From Nitrososphaeria archaeon (GTDB lineage: Archaea > Thermoproteota > Nitrososphaeria > JACIWG01), in NCBI GenBank assembly GCA_050011875.1, contig JBEKIG010000031.1:1-10883 (forward strand): a DNA stretch of 10,883 nucleotides, in the 5' to 3' direction. The notes below the pieces were generated by a model. It made no database searches and was not told the DNA's origin. It worked only from the letters and a program-made list of their open reading frames with translations. How positions within the stretch are numbered: the stretch's first letter is position 1; each line of letters begins with the position of its first letter. Positions 6,442 to 10,883 of this stretch are shown here, one piece after another. Made by a program: the position numbers and the translations under genes.

Positions 6442-8252
6442 TCTAAACCATACTTCTTCAGCGTTTCAGGTAAAGGCTTGCCTAAGCTATCCCAACCCAT
6501 TCCTGTGTAGTAGGCATCCAGCATTTTGTCCCAAACCTCTTTGAGGCTTTTACCTTTTCCTAGGCCTGCGTCGGGCTCTGAACCATATCTCTGTGAGGGC
6601 CTGTCCATTTCTCTTCCAATTATTCCATGCCTTATGTTAAAGGCTCTGAGAAGATGGATTATTCTTCGTCCAACCTGTAATCCTTCATCCCATGAAAAAT
6701 CCCATCCTGTAACAGCACTCAATGCTTGAGAGAGGAGGTCGACATTTGTTCTGGTATTGAATCGACATGTTACCAGTGAATCCTCAAACATCATGCCACC
6801 TTTATCGTTAAGGTTGACAGCCACTATGTCTTCCCACTTAGGAGTTGTGCCAAGTGGTAAGGGGCCTCCCCAAGTTTCAAGCGTTCCAGTGTTAGATATA
6901 CATGTATCAAACTGTTCAGTCCACCTATTACGGTAATCATGCCCTCGTGGCGTGTTTCCTTTTAAGGTATGGATGGCAAAGGATTCCGTCCCAACGCCTA
7001 TCTTTTTAGCAGCCCTCATAACGCCTTCTGCCAATAAATCTCCGACACCTTCTCTGTAGGCGATCAAGTGCAGCAACAGCCTAGCACTGTCTGCTTTCCC
7101 CCAAGAAAGGTCTAGGTCATTTGCTTTCTCTCCCGTGAGAATCCCCTTTTCGTAGCATTCCATAGCGAAGCCGATGACCCATCCAGCCTCGTTTGTCTCC
7201 ATGCCTAACCGATCGACTTCCTTGCTTAACATCATCGCTGCTGTCACGTCTTCTTGGCCTATAGCTGAAGCCCATGCTGCAAACTGTTCATACTCAGGTT
7301 CCTCCATCACTTCGCCAGCGTATGGGCCTTCTGTTATCTTCATTATGTCACAGTGATGTATCTGACATGCCCAACAAGAGTTCCTTTCAATCGAAAATTT
7401 CTCTCTTATGTATTGACCTCCGAATTTCTGCCACTTATCTTCCTCGATATTCCACGTGCTTGTTGTGTAATTCTTAACAGGTATCATGTTCGTAAGTCCA
7501 TTACTATGAATCCCATTCAAGGTTCCGTATTCATAAGTCGTTCTTGCTTGTGACTTAACGTTATCAATAAGCTCTTTAGAGATCTGCTGAACACGGTCAG
7601 CATCATGCATAGTTACTTTTTGTGTTCCTCGTTTCACAGATATGGCTTTAAGTCTTTTAGATCCCATAACAGCTCCTAACCCATTGTGTGAAGCAGAATG
7701 CCCGTGATCGAAAAAGATGCCTGCAAACTTCACTAGATTCTCTCCAGCTGGCCCAATAGAGGCCACACTCATTTCGCGTTTCCTTAATCCATGTTCATGC
7801 TTTATAAGGTCAGATGTCTTGTAGGTGTCCATGCCTTCAAGCCAGCTAGCGTCCTTAAGTTCCGCGGATTCAGAATCTACATATAGGTATTGGAGATTCT
7901 GAGCAACTCCTTGAATAATTATCCCGTTAAGTCCACAGAGCTTTAGATACGATCCGAAATAGCCGTTTGCTTGGCTACATCCAGCTCCGTTCGTAAGCGG
8001 TCCTTTTGTAATGACTGAGATAGATCCAGACCCTCCTATAGGAGTGGCGTTAAGAGGCCCATTTGCAAAAATTAATCTGTTCTGTGGGCTGAACCATTCG
8101 GTTCCCGGCAGCACTTCATCATATAATAACTTCGCTCCTAACCCTGTTCCCCCTATGAACTGCCTAAAAATTTTTTCATCAACTGTGAATCGTTCTATTT
8201 TCCCTTTTTCTAAATCTACCCTCAGAATTTTTGCGATATTTTCTTGGGACAT
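6414..8252 (-). CDS. aor: Tungsten-containing aldehyde:ferredoxin oxidoreductase (AOR/WOR) family protein
   Basis: KILRVDL, IGGTGLGAKLL, KGPLT, SIGPAGENLVKFA, GLGAVMGSKRLKAI, CWACQIHHC, EPEYE, DRLGME, REGVGDLLAEG, DSLVTCRF and YYTGMGWD..GKP..ETLKKYGL; AAGGA upstream of the ATG. Confidence 0.95.
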   Translation of the reverse strand: MSQENIAKILRVDLEKGKIERFTVDEKIFRQFIGGTGLGAKLLYDEVLPGTEWFSPQNRLIFANGPLNATPIGGSGSISVITKGPLTNGAGCSQANGYFGSYLKLCGLNGIIIQGVAQNLQYLYVDSESAELKDASWLEGMDTYKTSDLIKHEHGLRKREMSVASIGPAGENLVKFAGIFFDHGHSASHNGLGAVMGSKRLKAISVKRGTQKVTMHDADRVQQISKELIDNVKSQARTTYEYGTLNGIHSNGLTNMIPVKNYTTSTWNIEEDKWQKFGGQYIREKFSIERNSCWACQIHHCDIMKITEGPYAGEVMEEPEYEQFAAWASAIGQEDVTAAMMLSKEVDRLGMETNEAGWVIGFAMECYEKGILTGEKANDLDLSWGKADSARLLLHLIAYREGVGDLLAEGVMRAAKKIGVGTESFAIHTLKGNTPRGHDYRNRWTEQFDTCISNTGTLETWGGPLPLGTTPKWEDIVAVNLNDKGGMMFEDSLVTCRFNTRTNVDLLSQALSAVTGWDFSWDEGLQVGRRIIHLLRAFNIRHGIIGREMDRPSQRYGSEPDAGLGKGKSLKEVWDKMLDAYYTGMGWDSLGKPLPETLKKYGLDYVVKDLWL

Positions 8253-8263
8253 AGTTTATCCTT

Positions 8264-8288
8264 ACTAATATTTACAAACTAATATTTA
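8264..8288. repeat. 11-bp direct repeat ACTAATATTTA x2 (14-bp period) in the divergent aor / GG-protein spacer
   Basis: Exact copies at 8264..8274 and 8278..8288. Confidence 0.8.
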
Positions 8289-8327
8289 TTCCATATGATA
8301 TCCTAGTAAGAAGATGAGCGTTCTTGC

Positions 8328-8534
8328 ATGAAAACATCAAAAGAAGGATCTAAAATTAAACTTATGTGGAAGAGCTCGGATCCTGAAGATGTAGATAAGG
8401 CCAAGGTTTTCTTCACGAACCTAACAAGGCAGGGATGGTTCGCAGCGACATGTGCCGACAAGCTCGAAAGGGTCCTTGAATTTAAACCAGGGTACAAAGA
8501 GCTCTTTTTCATTCCACCCTCTGAAGGCGGATGA
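8328..8534 (+). CDS. Small hypothetical protein with a C-terminal diglycine (..FFIPPSEGG); candidate ubiquitin-like / MoaD-ThiS-SAMP-like protein
   Basis: 68 aa with an amphipathic helix (PEDVDKAKVFFTNLTRQG), and a terminal hydrophobic strand plus PPxxGG* typical of MoaD/SAMP tails. Confidence 0.75.
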   Translation: MKTSKEGSKIKLMWKSSDPEDVDKAKVFFTNLTRQGWFAATCADKLERVLEFKPGYKELFFIPPSEGG

Positions 8535-8594
8535 TTCTATGACACTTTTCATATTTGGCAATTAAAAGGCCATCTAGCAGCATACCCTCATAAT

Positions 8595-8618
8595 TCCTTT
8601 GAACGATCGAAGGGTTTT
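8595..8618 (+). terminator. Hairpin followed by TTTT downstream of the GG-protein gene
   Basis: TCCTTTGA-ACGA-TCGAAGGG forms 8 pairs including two G-U, followed by TTTT. The stem can extend through TCATAA/TTATGA (8588..8622). Confidence 0.35.
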
Positions 8619-8710
8619 ATGATTACAATTCAGCTTGTTTAAAAGCTTCTAGCGACTTCTTTAAAGTATCTATAGACATATTTAAAAAAAGATAGGTAAA
8701 TATCATTTTG

Positions 8711-8803
8711 AGAATTTTTAGAGTTTGCAAAAATTCTAAACGAACCTTTTAAATGCATTGTCAGCCTTAGCTCTATCTGTGGTAATAGATTCATTTTTGG
8801 TGA
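8711..8803 (+). promoter_or_regulatory. Inverted repeat (8711..8737), BRE/TATA (8741..8754) and GGTGA RBS (8799..8803) of the surface-protein gene
   Basis: AGAATTTTT-N9-AAAAATTCT, then CGAACC-TTTTAAAT, then GGTGA 6 nt before GTG 8810. Confidence 0.6.
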
Positions 8804-8809
8804 AGAGAA

Positions 8810-9346
8810 GTGTCTAAACATAATGAAGGAATGAAGAAACAAAAAAAAAGAAATAACAAATTAATGATAGTTGCGATAGCGATTCTTATTATATTATTTA
8901 TTGCTTATATGTATTGGATAGTTATCCCTGCATCAAAGGTTACTTCTAATTCAACAACTCCGATATTCTCTTCTACAACTCCAACCATAAGTCCAACAAA
9001 TACCACAATAACTGATACGACAACAGGAATTACAACTACACCTATTATAGCAACTGGAACTTTAAGTATATCTATATTAAATTCTACTACCGATAATTTC
9101 AATATAGGAGCTAATATTAGTTGGACAGTTTCTGGATTAACTGTTGGCGCAACTTATTGTGTTGCGGTTGCTGATACTTCAACATTTGTAACAGAAGCAA
9201 GTTGGGTAGCATCATCTTCAGGTGAGAGAGGGACGTTCATAGCAACAAGTAATATAACCAGTGCTGGGGAACTCGAATTATTTAGTGGAAGTACTCCTAA
9301 TTTGGATAATTTACTGACCGCAAAACCTATGACCGTTAATCCTTAG
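8810..9346 (+). CDS. N-terminally membrane-anchored Thr/Ser-rich surface (glyco)protein with a small beta-sandwich-like domain
   Basis: Basic N-terminus KKQKKRNNK, hydrophobic helix LMIVAIAILIILFIAYMYWIVI, T/S/P linker, five N-x-S/T sequons and a beta-rich C-domain (ISWTVSGLTVGATYCVAV is FN3-like); GTG start with RBS. Confidence 0.8.
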   Translation: MSKHNEGMKKQKKRNNKLMIVAIAILIILFIAYMYWIVIPASKVTSNSTTPIFSSTTPTISPTNTTITDTTTGITTTPIIATGTLSISILNSTTDNFNIGANISWTVSGLTVGATYCVAVADTSTFVTEASWVASSSGERGTFIATSNITSAGELELFSGSTPNLDNLLTAKPMTVNP

Positions 9347-9415
9347 CTACAACGACCATAACAGAAGCAACTGGGGCCTTTCCAGTTTCGTATGCATTTA
9401 GTCTTCTTTATTTTT

Positions 9416-10306
9416 CTAAGTCGTTATTCTGTTCATAAAAATTCTTATAAAACGCTTAGAATCAACGTCAACGCAAACCTGAATGTTTGAATTTTCGCTT
9501 TCCGAGGCGATGGTGAAGCCCCGCGTTAATTCGCCTCTCGTTTCAACATATACCAACTTTGACTGTGTTTTCACAAGCGTTGGATCAAAACAAGTGGCTA
9601 CTGTCAGCGGATCGTGGAGAATAGGCCAGTGACTTTTTCCTACATTCTTTCTCCAAGCTTCAGTCATGTCTGATAGAAGTTTAGTTGTTGCCAGCCCTCG
9701 ATTTTCTAATGTTTTCACGTCCTCCTCGGTTAAACCGCACCTTAAGGTAACGTCTAAACCCACCATAGTTATTTTGATACCTGATTCAAACACAATTTTT
9801 GCTGCCTCAGGATCACATCGGATATTATGTTCTGCTAGGGGTTTGGTTACGCATCCCCCCATGACAACCAGATTTGCTTTATCCACAATCTTAGGCTCTT
9901 TGATGATTGCTGCGGCAATATTGGTTAAGGCCTCTATAGGAATAACGGTCACCTCTTTTCGGGCGTCCATAACAGTTGATATTATGAGGTCAACAGCGTG
10001 TTTTTCTGACGGCCTTTGCAAAAGTTCATCCTCTGCTAAGACTGCTGCTTGGTTAGGCGTTTCCAAAACGGCTTGTGGTCGAAACGTCTTTTCGAGGAAA
10101 GGTCTCCCTATACCCTCTCCCACTGGAATGTCCTCTCTGCCAAATGTTCTAAGGAGCTTTAAAGCCAGTTTTGTCCTAATTCTAACGTTGCCAAACACTG
10201 TGGTGACGGCCTTAAGATTAAGCTCAGGCGACTTTAGGGCAAGGGCGAGTGCGTACGCATCATCGATGTCGTCACCAATATCGGTGTCGATGAGGATGTC
10301 CCTCAA
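9416..10306 (-). CDS. Inosine/uridine-preferring nucleoside hydrolase family protein
   Basis: DTDIGDDIDD Ca-binding motif, VTTVFGN, LTNIA, MGG, AEHNIRCDPEAA, VGLDVT, LHDP and TRG; TTG start with AGAGGAG (10317..10323) upstream. Confidence 0.93.
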   Translation of the reverse strand: MRDILIDTDIGDDIDDAYALALALKSPELNLKAVTTVFGNVRIRTKLALKLLRTFGREDIPVGEGIGRPFLEKTFRPQAVLETPNQAAVLAEDELLQRPSEKHAVDLIISTVMDARKEVTVIPIEALTNIAAAIIKEPKIVDKANLVVMGGCVTKPLAEHNIRCDPEAAKIVFESGIKITMVGLDVTLRCGLTEEDVKTLENRGLATTKLLSDMTEAWRKNVGKSHWPILHDPLTVATCFDPTLVKTQSKLVYVETRGELTRGFTIASESENSNIQVCVDVDSKRFIRIFMNRITT

Positions 10307-10601
10307 ATTCCCTTCTCTCCTCTAAAACACGCTATACCTTTTATATTAATTTAAATGTTAGATATCGCCTTTGCTTAAGTTATAACCCTTTGTGATCGAG
10401 GAGTCATTCTATTAATTGCCTTCTCAGAGGAACTATTTTCTGGAATATTGAATTTCCCTTGTATTAATTAGTACCAATGTAGTTTAGGTCTTGGGGTAAG
10501 GTTTTATCAAGGTATCGTCTATCAACTACAGCATGCCTTTTCAAAGTTCTCAGATTTGATGCATAGAACGGTTAATGTAGTTGACATGAGGTAAAATAGC
10601 G

Positions 10602-10883
10602 TCAAGATGGGACAAGATCGCAGAAATAGAAGGAGTCCCTTTTAACCACATCACCCTTAGCCCATTTTATAGGATAACTGAAGATAGGACCATCGTACAC
10701 AAATGTGTGGAACTCTCCGTTCTCTCCACATGTATCTACGTTAGAAGGCAAGGCGTCTAGGAAGTCTTTATCCAGGATTCTGCCGCAGAAGGAGGCATCA
10801 AGAAACCTTGGATCTATACAGACTGTAACTGCTTTAAAGCCTAGGTTAATGAAATTTGATATCAACTCCTTTGTATTCATTTT
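10602..10883 (-). CDS. Diphthine-ammonia ligase / DUF71 (PP-loop ATP pyrophosphatase) family protein, C-terminal part; 5'-truncated by the window edge
   Basis: GFKAVTVCID, FCGR, VDTCGENGEFHTFVYDGPIF and FYFCDL. Confidence 0.88.
   Translation of the reverse strand, partial: KMNTKELISNFINLGFKAVTVCIDPRFLDASFCGRILDKDFLDALPSNVDTCGENGEFHTFVYDGPIFSYPIKWAKGDVVKRDSFYFCDLVPS

Noticed and set aside
6526-8268. Several 60-85 aa ORFs within the aor span
   Set aside because: Antisense or alternate-frame shadows of the AOR gene.
2813-8306. Recurrent ATCCTAG in three spacers (about 2813, 3901, 8300)
   Set aside because: Only 7-8 bp with unrelated flanks; compatible with chance.
8532-8641. TGA read-through (selenocysteine) of the GG-protein, or a coupled downstream gene
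   Set aside because: The in-frame continuation to TAA is not protein-like and PPxxGG is a natural terminus. The ATG at 8539 gives only 8 codons.
8639-8842. 67-aa minus ORF, and the minus ORFs 8303..8512 and 8905..9102
   Set aside because: They overlap promoter elements or better-supported + strand genes and have no motifs.
9666-10325. 219-aa + strand ORF
   Set aside because: Antisense shadow of the nucleoside hydrolase; Ser/Thr-rich with no recognisable motifs.
250-10601. Integron-like cassette array or CRISPR array explaining the single-gene layout
   Set aside because: No recurring RYYYAAC...GTTRRRY attC or other common repeat was found by eye in the spacers. Genes lie in both orientations with their own promoters, and there are no regularly spaced repeats.
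347-10602. 11-bp inverted match ACGCTATTTTA (347..357) / TAAAATAGCGT (10592..10602) near the two window ends, as possible element termini
   Set aside because: 11-mer matches are expected by chance in 10.9 kb. There is no transposase, no target duplication and no extension of the match.

Overview
Archaeal-looking window, judged from BRE/TATA promoters, leaderless starts, GGTGA ribosome-binding sites and an aKMT-type lysine methyltransferase; a Bathyarchaeia/TACK-type host is only an impression. It is a patchwork of mostly monocistronic genes with very different base composition: the 3' end of a 3-methyladenine DNA glycosylase, a divergent FMN-dependent alpha-hydroxy-acid dehydrogenase homolog, a DgoD-like enolase-superfamily dehydratase, aKMT, a stand-alone LUD-domain protein, a Gfo/Idh/MocA oxidoreductase, a small basic Zn-finger orphan, a tungsten aldehyde:ferredoxin oxidoreductase (AOR) family enzyme, a 68-aa protein ending in PPSEGG, a Thr/Ser-rich membrane-anchored surface protein, an IU-family nucleoside hydrolase and the 3' end of a DUF71/Dph6-like PP-loop ATPase. 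I found no tRNA, rRNA, CRISPR array, transposase or integrase. The best lead is the small C-terminal-diglycine protein, a possible non-canonical ubiquitin-like protein or sulfur carrier, lying head-to-head with the AOR gene. The mosaic character means gene-neighbourhood inferences here are weak.
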